A stretch of 64,000 bases of DNA from an uncultured bacterium (GTDB lineage Bacteria > Elusimicrobiota > Elusimicrobia > Elusimicrobiales > Elusimicrobiaceae). A program made the position numbers and the translations under genes. The DNA lies in NCBI GenBank assembly GCA_949291515.1, contig CASEVY010000013.1, forward strand, positions 16,389-80,388, in the 5' to 3' direction. Shown here piece by piece: positions 1 through 9,293 of this stretch (its first letter is position 1; the number at the start of each line of letters is the position of its first letter). The notes beneath the pieces are model-generated. The model did no database searches, was not told where the DNA came from, and was given only the letters and a program-made list of their open reading frames with translations.

Positions 1-4
1 AATT

Positions 5-33
5 AAAAACCCCGCTTCTTAAGAAGCGGGGCG
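5..33 (-). terminator. Rho-independent terminator downstream of the DksA-like gene
   Basis: Perfect palindrome CCCCGCTTCTT/AAGAAGCGGGG (10-31), followed on the minus strand by a T-run. Confidence 0.7.
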
Positions 34-53
34 ATTTATGAAAACCTTCTTTT

Positions 54-764
54 TTATCTTTTAATGCCTTCGTTGGAACTTTGACACCGTATACAATACC
101 TTGCAAACGGGAGAGCCAAAATCCTCTTTTTGGGGATTTGGCAGCGGCAATATTCGCAAGTGCCGTAAATGCCTTTGCTTATCCTTCTCAAGGCAGATTC
201 TATTTGATCCAAAAGGGCTTGGGCATTGCCGTTGAGTTCAAAAAGGACTTCCTTATCCAAACTCTGCGAGGCGACATCGGCCTCATCGCCGACTTCGGTT
301 TCCGGCATTTCGTGTTCTTTTTTGGATTTTATCCTGTTTTGCACTTCTTCGCGCATTTCAAGAAGATGCTTTTCTATTTCCTTAATTTCCTGCGGCGTCA
401 ATTTATCCGAATTTTGTTCTTTCGGCATTACTTTCGACGAAACAGCTGATGCGGCGTTTTTGACGACGCCCGCCTTTTTGTTTATTTCTTTTGCGGCTTT
501 GTCGACCGTTTGAACAATTTTACCCGTAGTCTTCTTTGCCGCGGAAACGATTTTCTTTTCCGTTTTTTTGACGGCTTTCTTAGCCGCCGCGACGACTTTC
601 CTCTCAGTTTTCTTTAACGCTTTAACGTTTTTTGCGGCCTTTTTCAGTGCTTTGTTTTCCGTCTTTTTAACGGCTTTAACTTGTTTTGCCGCCGCCTTCG
701 CTATTGTTTTTTCGACTTTTTTTACAGCTTTCGCTTTGCTTTTTACGACTTTATTGGTTTTCAT
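54..764 (-). CDS. DksA/TraR-family C4 zinc-finger protein with a long Lys/Ala-rich (histone-H1-like) N-terminal repeat region
   Basis: C-terminal CEYC-x17-CIRC zinc finger preceded by a coiled-coil (DksA/TraR layout). The N-terminal ~110 aa are repeats of the type AVKKTE(N/R/K)K / AAKK. Confidence 0.75.
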   Translation of the reverse strand: MKTNKVVKSKAKAVKKVEKTIAKAAAKQVKAVKKTENKALKKAAKNVKALKKTERKVVAAAKKAVKKTEKKIVSAAKKTTGKIVQTVDKAAKEINKKAGVVKNAASAVSSKVMPKEQNSDKLTPQEIKEIEKHLLEMREEVQNRIKSKKEHEMPETEVGDEADVASQSLDKEVLFELNGNAQALLDQIESALRRISKGIYGTCEYCRCQIPKKRILALPFARYCIRCQSSNEGIKR

Positions 765-883
765 AAATTCCTTCCGTAACTTGATGATATAAGAAGAAAG
801 AAACGGTCGTCCCGTTTCTCTCCATTGATTTAATCTAGCATATTTTATCTTTTACTTCAATAAGGGCTGCAGAATTATTTAAT

Positions 884-1762
884 TTAGGCTTTTCTCGACG
901 AAGTATCCAAAATATCCCTGAAAGCGTCGCCAAGCAAATTCCACGCTAGAACGAACAATAGCAATGCTCCGCCCGGCACCGCAATCGTATACCAATAAGC
1001 GAATGGGTTGCCGTGTCCGCCCAGTATCCAGTTGCGCGACAAAGCGACCAGCTGCCCCCAATCCGCCGTTCCTACGGGCGAACCCAACCCCAAGAAACTC
1101 AAGGAAGCCGCCGTCAGAACTATATATCCGATATCAAGGCTGGCCATAATCACTACGGGATAAATCGCGTTTGGCATTATATGCTTTAAAAATATCCTTA
1201 ACGAGCTTGCTCCCAAAGCGCGCGCGGCGAGAACAAATTCCCGTTCCTTAACGCTCAACACTCCTCCGCGCACCAAGCGGGCGTAAGAAGGCCAAGATAC
1301 CACAGTCAAAGCTATCATCATATTGTCCAAATCCCGCCCGAGCATAGCCGCTATTACCATAGCCAGCACCATACTTGGCACGGCAAAGATAATATCGGTC
1401 AGACGCATAAGTATTTCGTCGGTCCAGCCGCCCGCAAAGCCCGCCGCTCCGCCTATTATTATCCCTATAAGCAGTGCAAAAAAGACCACCGTTATACCTA
1501 CTTTAAAAGCCATACGGCTGCCCCATACTATGCCGTAATACAAATCGTATTGATTTTCCGTCGTGCCGAAATAATGTTGGGCATTGGGAGCCTGCGGCTC
1601 TATACTGTAACCGCCCTGCGGCATTTGATAAGCGTCGCGCCCGCTTGAAGGCGCCAATATCGGCGCGAACAATGCGATAAGCGCGAAGAAAACCACTATT
1701 ATCAAGCCCGCTATAGCGTTCTTGCTGCCAAAAGCTTTGGATATAATGTCTTTTATGCTCAT
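884..1762 (-). CDS. Peptide/nickel ABC transporter permease (OppC/DppC-like)
   Basis: Six-TM BPD-type permease with an N-terminal OppC-like segment. Its start overlaps the upstream permease stop by 4 nt. Confidence 0.85.
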   Translation of the reverse strand: MSIKDIISKAFGSKNAIAGLIIVVFFALIALFAPILAPSSGRDAYQMPQGGYSIEPQAPNAQHYFGTTENQYDLYYGIVWGSRMAFKVGITVVFFALLIGIIIGGAAGFAGGWTDEILMRLTDIIFAVPSMVLAMVIAAMLGRDLDNMMIALTVVSWPSYARLVRGGVLSVKEREFVLAARALGASSLRIFLKHIMPNAIYPVVIMASLDIGYIVLTAASLSFLGLGSPVGTADWGQLVALSRNWILGGHGNPFAYWYTIAVPGGALLLFVLAWNLLGDAFRDILDTSSRKA

Positions 1763-2784
1763 TTTAATCTTATCCTGGGGTCTATCGCCGTATATAAGAT
1801 ATCAGCCGCCAAATTGCCCAAAACGAACAGTACTGCCACCATAAGCGAAAAGCCCATAACGCCCGCGATATCAAGCTGTTGAGCGCATTCCACGCCCCAG
1901 CGTCCTATACCGGGGTAGTCGAACACCGTCTCCACTATTACCGTCCCGCCCAAAAGGCGGATAAACTGTATGCCGGCAAGCGTAACTACGGGTATCATCG
2001 CGTTAAGGCCCGCATGTTCGTAAATCACTTTAAAATCACTCAGCCCGCGCGCCCGCGCGCTGCGCACGTAATCTTTGTTAAGTTCCTCCAACATTGAGGA
2101 CCGCATTACCCTAACCATCAGCGCGAAGGAGCCTATACATAAAGTCACCGCCGGCAGCACCAAATGTTTTAATACGTCGAAGAATACGTAAAAATTAAGA
2201 TTGAGCAAACTGTCTATCAGCAAAAAGCCCGTATATGATTTAAAATTCGCTCCGTGTATTATCATATCCGCCGTAAAAGAATATTCGCCAGGCGCAAACC
2301 ACCCCAGCTTGCCGTAAAATATCATCAGCAAAATAAGCCCCAGCACGAAAATCGGCAGAGAAAATCCCGCCAAAACAAAAAACCTTATCATATTATCCGC
2401 TAGACCGTCTTTGTACTTGGCCGATATTATCCCCAGCCAAACGCCGAACAATACCACCAATATTATCGCGGCAACCGCCAGCTGTACCGTCGCGGGCAGA
2501 TAGGCTTTTATGGCGGAAGTTACGGGCATATTCGCGCTTTCGCTGTAGCCCAAATCCCCTTTTACCGCCCCTTTAAGCCAGCGGAAGTATTGCACTGGCA
2601 TAGGATCGTTAAGACCGTATTTTTCTATTACTTCTTCCAAAGAGTCCATCTGACGCGGATCCTGTATGTACAAAGAGGCGCGCATCTCAGGCGATAATCT
2701 CTGCGTCAGAAAGAACAGAAAAAACGTCACTCCCAGCATAACCAGCGGCAGCATTAATAATCTTCTTAATATATACTTGAACAT
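1759..2784 (-). CDS. Peptide/nickel ABC transporter permease (OppB/DppB-like)
   Basis: N-terminus MFKYILRRLLMLPLVMLGVTFFLF and overall layout are typical of OppB/DppB permeases. Confidence 0.85.
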   Translation of the reverse strand: MFKYILRRLLMLPLVMLGVTFFLFFLTQRLSPEMRASLYIQDPRQMDSLEEVIEKYGLNDPMPVQYFRWLKGAVKGDLGYSESANMPVTSAIKAYLPATVQLAVAAIILVVLFGVWLGIISAKYKDGLADNMIRFFVLAGFSLPIFVLGLILLMIFYGKLGWFAPGEYSFTADMIIHGANFKSYTGFLLIDSLLNLNFYVFFDVLKHLVLPAVTLCIGSFALMVRVMRSSMLEELNKDYVRSARARGLSDFKVIYEHAGLNAMIPVVTLAGIQFIRLLGGTVIVETVFDYPGIGRWGVECAQQLDIAGVMGFSLMVAVLFVLGNLAADILYTAIDPRIRLK

Positions 2785-2814
2785 ATCTTATATCTTTCCA
2801 TAAACCGCACGTCT

Positions 2815-3588
2815 TTAATTAAGCGGCAAAACGGCCTGCAAAAGCGTTTGGGCCGCCTCGCTTTTGGGGCGGAGCAATACGTCTTCGACCTCGCCAAGCT
2901 CCGCTATTTCGCCCTTATGCATCACTGCCGCTTTGGAACACAAAAATTTACACAGCGCCAAATCGTGTGAGATAAACACCAAACTTAAACCGTATTCTTC
3001 CTTAATATCGGCAAGCAGATTTAATATTTGGGCTTGAACGGAAACGTCCAGCGACGAAAGCGGCTCGTCGGCGATAATCAGCTTGGGCTTAAGCGCCAAG
3101 GCGCGCGCTATGGCTATGCGCTGGCGCTGACCGCCGGAAAATTCGCTCGGATATTTCCTCAAGGAGCTTTCTCCAAGCCCGACTTGTCTTAAAAGTTTCT
3201 TTAAATCGCTTTGTCTGTATTTTTCCCCGTGTACGATAAACGGTTCTGCCAAAATATCGGATACCGTCATTCTCGGATTAAGAGAGCTGTAGGGATCCTG
3301 AAATACGGGCTGGACTTTCCTTCTAAACGCTTTAAGTTCTTTTGAGTTTAGGGAAAAGATGTCTTCCCCTTCTATAAATATTTTTCCGCTGTCGGGCCTT
3401 TCCAAAGCCAACATAAGCCGAGCAAGGGTGCTTTTTCCGCAGCCCGAAGGCCCCAGCAGACCGAAACTCTCGCCCGAGTTAAAAGAAAAATTTATGTTTT
3501 TTAATACCGCAATTCTCTCGCCGCCGCCAAATGCTCCGCCCGCGACGTAACTCTTTGCTATATTTTCCGCTCTTAATAACTCAGACAT
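2815..3588 (-). CDS. Peptide ABC transporter ATP-binding protein (OppF/DppF-like)
   Basis: Walker A GPSGCGKST, signature LSGGQRQR, Walker B LIIADEP. Confidence 0.85.
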   Translation of the reverse strand: MSELLRAENIAKSYVAGGAFGGGERIAVLKNINFSFNSGESFGLLGPSGCGKSTLARLMLALERPDSGKIFIEGEDIFSLNSKELKAFRRKVQPVFQDPYSSLNPRMTVSDILAEPFIVHGEKYRQSDLKKLLRQVGLGESSLRKYPSEFSGGQRQRIAIARALALKPKLIIADEPLSSLDVSVQAQILNLLADIKEEYGLSLVFISHDLALCKFLCSKAAVMHKGEIAELGEVEDVLLRPKSEAAQTLLQAVLPLN

Positions 3589-4543
3589 TTGAGCTTTCCT
3601 CGTAACACCAGCATTTTACCAAACGTCCGCCTTCCAAATTAAATAGGGGCGGTCTTTCTTTTTTGCACCGCTCTTGCGCGTAAGGGCAGCGCTCGGCGAA
3701 TTTGCAGCCCTTAAACTCTCTGCCCGCGGCCGGCGGCGCGCCCTCTATCGTCTTAAGCCTATCCTTGCTTTGCGAAAGACGTACGACTGAATTTAACAAT
3801 CCCTCGCTGTAGGGGTGCAAAGGTTTTTTAAATAAATCGTCTTTAGAACATTCCTCCACCTTCTCGCCCGCGTAAAGCACCAAGACTCTATCGGCTATAT
3901 TATTGACTATCGCCAAATTGTGCGTAATAAAAATGACTGAAGCGGAAAATTCTTTTTGCAGTTTCTTTATAAGCTCCAAAATCTGCCTTTGTACGGTAAC
4001 GTCAAGGGCGGTGGTAGGCTCGTCGGCGATAAGGATATCGGGATTAAGGCACAATGCCAAAGCCGTCATAACCCGCTGTCGCATTCCGCCGGAAAGCTGA
4101 TGAGGATAAGAATTTAAAAACTTTTCTTCTATGCCCACTTTCTTTAAAAGAGAAGCCGCCTTTTCAAGAGCCTCTTTTTTGGTTATCTTGGAATGGGCAC
4201 GCAAAGTTTCCGTTAAATGGAAAGAAACCTTAAAAACGGGATTTAAAGACATCATCGGATCTTGAAATATCATACCTATCCCCGCGCCGCGCACTCGGCG
4301 TAAGGCCGCTTCGTCAGATTTGACGATATCCTCGCCCTTATAAATGATTGAACCTGAAGTTATTTTCGCGCCCGGCGGCAACAGACGGGTAACGGCCAGG
4401 CTGTGAATAGTCTTTCCGCAGCCCGATTCCCCTACAACGGCCAAGACCTCGCCCTTTTCCAGGCGGTAACTTAGGTTATCAAGGACTTTTATCTGCCCTT
4501 GCGGAGTATCGAAACAGACGGAAAGATTCTTTATGTTAAGCAC
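3581..4543 (-). CDS. Peptide ABC transporter ATP-binding protein (OppD/DppD-like)
   Basis: Walker A GESGCGKT, signature LSGGMRQR, Walker B LIADEPTTALD, plus a Cys-containing C-terminal oligopeptide-transporter extension. Overlaps the next gene by 8 nt. Confidence 0.85.
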   Translation of the reverse strand: MLNIKNLSVCFDTPQGQIKVLDNLSYRLEKGEVLAVVGESGCGKTIHSLAVTRLLPPGAKITSGSIIYKGEDIVKSDEAALRRVRGAGIGMIFQDPMMSLNPVFKVSFHLTETLRAHSKITKKEALEKAASLLKKVGIEEKFLNSYPHQLSGGMRQRVMTALALCLNPDILIADEPTTALDVTVQRQILELIKKLQKEFSASVIFITHNLAIVNNIADRVLVLYAGEKVEECSKDDLFKKPLHPYSEGLLNSVVRLSQSKDRLKTIEGAPPAAGREFKGCKFAERCPYAQERCKKERPPLFNLEGGRLVKCWCYEESSNV

Positions 4544-4585
4544 AATAAATTATATCAAATGATAAAAATCTCTTAAATTGCTAAA

Positions 4586-5029
4586 ATGATATTGATGAAA
4601 AGATACTTATCGTTACTCGCAATTATTTTATCTTTCTGCGCCTGCGGGCCAAAAACGACGGATATTACTCTGCCCGACGGCTTCACCGTAAAAGCCGAGC
4701 TGGCCATCACCCCCAAAGAAACGGAAAGGGGCCTAATGTTCCGCACCGAACTGCCTGAAGGCGGCGGAATGCTTTTTGTTTTTGAAGGCGACGCTCCGCG
4801 CTATTTCTGGATGAAAAACACGCTTATCGATTTGGATATCATTTTCATCACTTCCGATTTAAAAGTATTTTCTTACGAGGAGAATGTTCCCCACTCCTAT
4901 GTCTATACGCCCGACAGCCAAGTGGCGACGGCGGCGGGATTTGGGCAGTATGTATTGGAACTGCCCGCAGGCAGCGTAAAAAGACACAAAATAGAAGAAG
5001 GTTCCTTTTTGGAGTTTGATTTACAATGA
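4586..5029 (+). CDS. DUF192 domain protein, probable lipoprotein
   Basis: Signal/lipobox-like LSFCAC. Motif MLFVF...YFWMKNTLIDLDIIF is typical of DUF192. An alternative start lies at 4595. Confidence 0.7.
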   Translation: MILMKRYLSLLAIILSFCACGPKTTDITLPDGFTVKAELAITPKETERGLMFRTELPEGGGMLFVFEGDAPRYFWMKNTLIDLDIIFITSDLKVFSYEENVPHSYVYTPDSQVATAAGFGQYVLELPAGSVKRHKIEEGSFLEFDLQ

Positions 5030-6570
5030 AGCCGATTTTATCGTTTTTCGCGTTTTTTATTCTAGTCTGCTCGTTAAATGCCCAGCAGTTGGATTTCGAC
5101 GCGTTAAACCAAACGGCCAAAGACCACCTGATAAATTTGATAGAAATCGACACTTCCCAGCCAGAACCCGAGGAAACAAAAGCCATACGCTATATCTATA
5201 AAGTATTGAACAAGCATAAAATAGACTGGGATATCTACAGGATAGAAAAACCGCGCGGTAATCTTATAGCCGTGCTGAAAGCGGATAAGGACCTGGCCGA
5301 TCCGCAGAACAAGCCGCTTCTGCTCATCGCGCATCTTGATACCGCCGCCATACAGGAAGGCTGGACATTGCCGCCCGCCAAAGCCACTTTAAAAGACGGC
5401 AGAATATACGGGCTGGGCTCGACCGACGCGAAGAATTACGCCGCCATAAATCTAACGATTTTGACAAGGCTCTCAAAAGGAGACATAAAACTAAAGAGAG
5501 ATATAATCTTTCTATTTACCGCCGACGAGGAAAGCGGCAGCGAAAAAGGGATAAAATATCTCTACGACCAGCACGGGGACAAACTTCAGGCCGCATACGC
5601 CTTAAACGAGGGTGGCGGCATAATCAAAGGCGGCGACGCCAAAATGCCGAGCGACATTCTTTTTATAGAAGCAGGCAGCAAGATGTATATGGACATACTT
5701 TTAAGCGCGAAAGGCGAAGCTGGCAATGCCTCTGCTGTGGGCCAAAACAACGCGATATATAAACTTTCGCAGGCGCTTTCGATAATAGAAAGTTATCAGC
5801 CGCTTTATAAATTTTCGCCGCTGACAAAGATTTTCTTCGAGAGGATTTTCCCCTTTCAAGACGCCGACGCCCAAACCACTTTAAAATTATTGGAATCGGA
5901 CGATCCCGCCCAATTCCAGCAAGCGGCTAAAATAATCAGCGAAGACGAGTTCTTCAAAACGCAGATAACCGATACAATAACCCCCACTATTTTGACGTCC
6001 GGCACTGAGGCAAATACGGTTCAAAACGAAGCCTCTGCCAATTTAAACTGCAGGCTGCTGCCGCAAAGCGACCCTATGCTATTCGTAGACGAGCTTAGCG
6101 CGCTGTTCGCCAATGACGAAAACGTAACTCTCACCGTAATAGAAAGGCCGGAAACGCCTTTCCCGCAGCCGCCCGCGACATTGGACGACCAGCTCTTTAA
6201 AGCGATAGAAAAAGCCTCGCGCCAAACTTTCGGCAAGATATTGGTGCTCCCGGGTCTTACGCCCGCCTCAAGCGAGAGCGAATTTTTAAGAAGGCACGGC
6301 GTAATAACCTACGGCATCGGGCCGCTTATCCAAAAAAACGGCAACGGTCCGCACGAGCCAGACGAAAGCATAACTGAAAAGGACTTCTTTGACCAATTAA
6401 AACTTACTTTTAATATCGTTCTTAACCTTGTGACAGACACCCCCGATCTCCCGGAAGAAGAGCCCGCCTCCCCACAAGAAAATGCACCCCAAACGCAAGA
6501 GGGACAAATTCCGCAAGACGAATTCCTGCCGGTAATCGAACGGGAAGACATTCCCCCAACCGCCGAGTAA
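5026..6570 (+). CDS. Secreted M20-family metallopeptidase with an acidic/Pro-rich C-terminal tail
   Basis: Signal peptide MKPILSFFAFFILVCSLNAQQ. M20 motifs LLLIAHLDT, GLGSTDAKN, FLFTADEESGS. The last ~50 aa are P/E/Q-rich. Confidence 0.8.
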   Translation: MKPILSFFAFFILVCSLNAQQLDFDALNQTAKDHLINLIEIDTSQPEPEETKAIRYIYKVLNKHKIDWDIYRIEKPRGNLIAVLKADKDLADPQNKPLLLIAHLDTAAIQEGWTLPPAKATLKDGRIYGLGSTDAKNYAAINLTILTRLSKGDIKLKRDIIFLFTADEESGSEKGIKYLYDQHGDKLQAAYALNEGGGIIKGGDAKMPSDILFIEAGSKMYMDILLSAKGEAGNASAVGQNNAIYKLSQALSIIESYQPLYKFSPLTKIFFERIFPFQDADAQTTLKLLESDDPAQFQQAAKIISEDEFFKTQITDTITPTILTSGTEANTVQNEASANLNCRLLPQSDPMLFVDELSALFANDENVTLTVIERPETPFPQPPATLDDQLFKAIEKASRQTFGKILVLPGLTPASSESEFLRRHGVITYGIGPLIQKNGNGPHEPDESITEKDFFDQLKLTFNIVLNLVTDTPDLPEEEPASPQENAPQTQEGQIPQDEFLPVIEREDIPPTAE

Positions 6571-6658
6571 ACATCTTATGGCGTTCTTCCTGATGACCCG
6601 CCATTGATTTTTACATTTTGACAAGCTATAACAAATATATAGCTAAAGGAGGGTCAAA

Positions 6659-7252
6659 ATGGATTTTTTTCAAGCCGTAAGGAAAAGGCGCAGTATCTAC
6701 ACATTAACCGACAAATCAACTCTGGAAGAAAAGGAAATAACCGACTTTTTGGAACTGGCTCTGGCAAATGCGCCTTCGGCTTTCAACAGCCAAAGCGCGA
6801 GGCTCTTGCTGGCTTTGGGCGAAAGCCACAAAAAAGTATGGGATATCGCAAAAAAAGCGTTAAAAGAAATTATCCCGACGGAGAAATTCCCGCCGACCGA
6901 AGCGAAACTAAAGTCTTTTTCCGACGCTTTCGGCACCGTCTTGTTTTTTGAAGAAACAAAAACGGTGTCGGAACTGCAAAGCAAATTCCCCGCATATAAG
7001 GATAATTTCCCCCTATGGTCGCAGCAGGCCAACGGTATGCTGCAATATGTGGTATGGACGGGTTTGGCGGCTTTGGGTATGGCGGCTAATCTGCAGCATT
7101 ATAACCCGCTGATAGATCCGCAAATAGCCAATGCTTTCAAAATACCGCCCTCTTGGAAATTGATAGCGCAAATGCCTTTCGGTATAACAAAAGAACAAGC
7201 GCCGGCAAAAGAGATTATACCGCCAGCCCAAAGATTGAAAGTATTCCGCTAA
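6659..7252 (+). CDS. Nitroreductase family protein
   Basis: N-terminal FQAVRKRRSIYTL motif and size are typical of NAD(P)H nitroreductases. An RBS (AGGAGG) lies upstream. Confidence 0.8.
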   Translation: MDFFQAVRKRRSIYTLTDKSTLEEKEITDFLELALANAPSAFNSQSARLLLALGESHKKVWDIAKKALKEIIPTEKFPPTEAKLKSFSDAFGTVLFFEETKTVSELQSKFPAYKDNFPLWSQQANGMLQYVVWTGLAALGMAANLQHYNPLIDPQIANAFKIPPSWKLIAQMPFGITKEQAPAKEIIPPAQRLKVFR

Positions 7253-7280
7253 GATGTATACAAACTAAAAACCTTTATCA

Positions 7281-7309
7281 AAAAAACCGGGATTAAACCC
7301 GGTTTTTTG
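7281..7309. terminator. Bidirectional hairpin terminator between convergent genes
   Basis: AAAAAA-CCGGG-attaaa-CCCGG-TTTTTT. Confidence 0.6.
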
Positions 7310-7410
7310 TATATATTGAAATCCCCGCCACAAGCGAAAGCTATTCGTCGTTAAAAATATTTCGGATTATATGCGGGCTTTAGGCTTTAAATCGGAAAGA
7401 ATATTTTAAA

Positions 7411-9261
7411 TCAAGAATTCATTATGCTTTCCAATTCCTCGGAAAGAGTCTCCCAGTCCTTTTCCGCGTCTGAAATTTCCTTATTGACAAAGGCCAGCTC
7501 TATACTAAGGGAAGAATCATAGCCCCTTATCAGGCGGTTTTCCAAATTTTCTTTCTGGGAAGATAATACTTCCAGCTTGCGCTCTATGGCTTTGATTTTG
7601 GTTCTTAAAGGCGCGGTCTGCGCGCGCAGTTTGGCGGCGTTTTTTCGTTTTTCTTTTCGGCTGTCCTCCCCCGCCTGAGCGTCTTCCTCGGCGGAAGAGC
7701 GCGAAGAATGAAGAACATAATTTTTGTAGTCTTCCAAATCGCCGTCGTAAGATTTAACCGTACCGCCCTCCACCAACAGCAGTCGGTCGCAGACCGATTC
7801 CAATATATGGAAATCGTGCGTTACCAATATCACCGCGCCGTCATATTCGTTTAAGGCCTCTATCAGAGCCCTGCGGCTGGTTATGTCCAGGTGGTTGGTG
7901 GGTTCGTCCAAAATCAAAATATTGGGCTTTTCTATCGTGATTAAAGAGAGCAAAAGGCGGCTCTTTTCCCCGCCCGAAAGTTTCCCTATTTGAGTATCGG
8001 CTTTATTCTTTTCCAAGCCAAAACACGCCAAATGGGTGTATACTTCCGTTTCTTTGGCTTCTGGCATAGCGGCTTTGGCCGTTTCGTAAGGAGTGGATTC
8101 CAAATCAAATTCTTCCGTCTGATGCTGGGCGAAATAACCCGCCTTCAGCTTGCGCGCGTAAGTAAGTTTGCCGCTCATGGCGTGTATTCTGCCGGCCAAA
8201 AGTTTGGCCAAAGTAGATTTGCCGTTGCCGTTTGCGCCCAAAAGCGCTATTTTATCGTCTTGAGTTACAGTCAAATTCAAATCTTTAAGCACCACTTTCT
8301 CGTCATAGCCGCAGCTGACGTTCTCCAAAGTGTACAAATACGCGTCCAAATGCTGAGGCTGAGGGAAAGTAAAACTTATGCTCTTTTCCAAAGGTATTTT
8401 GGGAGCCTCGCCCATACGTTCTATCATCTTTAAGCGGCTTTGAGCCTGCTTGGCTTTTGAGGCTTTATAGCGGAACCTGTCCACAAAAGACTGCAAATGC
8501 TTTTTGGTTTCCTCGTAGCGTTTGGCGTCTTTTATAAGCTGTTCGGTCTGAAGGTGGCGGGTGCGCTCGTAAGTGTCGTAATCGCCCGTATACGTTTTGA
8601 GTTTACACTCGTCTACAAGTATGATTTTGTCGCAGACTTTATTCAAAATATTCCTGTCGTGGCTGACTATCAAAAGCGTTTTATCAAGTTTGGACAGGCA
8701 GTTTTCCAGCCAAATAACCGTTTCCAAATCCAAGTGGTTGGTAGGCTCGTCGAGCAAAAGGCAGTCGCTCGGCGCAAACAACGCCGCGCCCAAGGCCGCC
8801 CGAACACGCCAGCCGCCGGAAAATTCCTTTAATGGGCGGCTAAGTTCCTCATTGCTAAACCCGAGCCCTCCAAGTATCGCCCCGGCGCGGGCCGCGGCGC
8901 TGTGCGCGCCTAAGCCGTCTAATTTATCGTATATCTCCGCCAGGCGCACGCCGGAAGGATTGGTTTCCAGCTCTTCATAGAGTTTTTTGAGGCGTTTGTC
9001 AGAATATAAAACGTGGTTCAATACGCTTTGGTTTATGTCGCTTATCTCCTGCTCCACCGTAGCCAAAACGGTGCCGCTTGATATGCTTATCCTGCCGCCG
9101 TCGGGGTAGAGTTTGCCCAATATCAGCTTGAACAATGTAGTCTTGCCGCAGCCGTTAAGCCCGACAAGCCCCACCTTCTGCCCTTTCCCTATAAAAGCGG
9201 AAGCGTCCTCAAAAATGGTCCTCTTGCCGATATGGTAGCTTAATTCCGATATTTCTATCAT
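7411..9261 (-). CDS. ABC-F family ATPase (translation-associated, no TM domain)
   Basis: Two ABC cassettes (GLNGCGKTT and GANGNGKST; two LSGG signatures), an inter-domain linker and a charged coiled-coil C-terminus. Confidence 0.85.
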   Translation of the reverse strand: MIEISELSYHIGKRTIFEDASAFIGKGQKVGLVGLNGCGKTTLFKLILGKLYPDGGRISISSGTVLATVEQEISDINQSVLNHVLYSDKRLKKLYEELETNPSGVRLAEIYDKLDGLGAHSAAARAGAILGGLGFSNEELSRPLKEFSGGWRVRAALGAALFAPSDCLLLDEPTNHLDLETVIWLENCLSKLDKTLLIVSHDRNILNKVCDKIILVDECKLKTYTGDYDTYERTRHLQTEQLIKDAKRYEETKKHLQSFVDRFRYKASKAKQAQSRLKMIERMGEAPKIPLEKSISFTFPQPQHLDAYLYTLENVSCGYDEKVVLKDLNLTVTQDDKIALLGANGNGKSTLAKLLAGRIHAMSGKLTYARKLKAGYFAQHQTEEFDLESTPYETAKAAMPEAKETEVYTHLACFGLEKNKADTQIGKLSGGEKSRLLLSLITIEKPNILILDEPTNHLDITSRRALIEALNEYDGAVILVTHDFHILESVCDRLLLVEGGTVKSYDGDLEDYKNYVLHSSRSSAEEDAQAGEDSRKEKRKNAAKLRAQTAPLRTKIKAIERKLEVLSSQKENLENRLIRGYDSSLSIELAFVNKEISDAEKDWETLSEELESIMNS

Positions 9262-9293
9262 ACTCTATGCCTTTGGCGGCTTTGAAAAACTGT

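Noticed and set aside
54-764. Possible CRISPR or tandem-repeat array suggested by the periodic sequence here and at 47506-47790
   Set aside because: The periodicity is codon-level repetition of Lys/Ala-rich protein repeats inside intact ORFs. There are no unique spacers of constant length and no cas genes.
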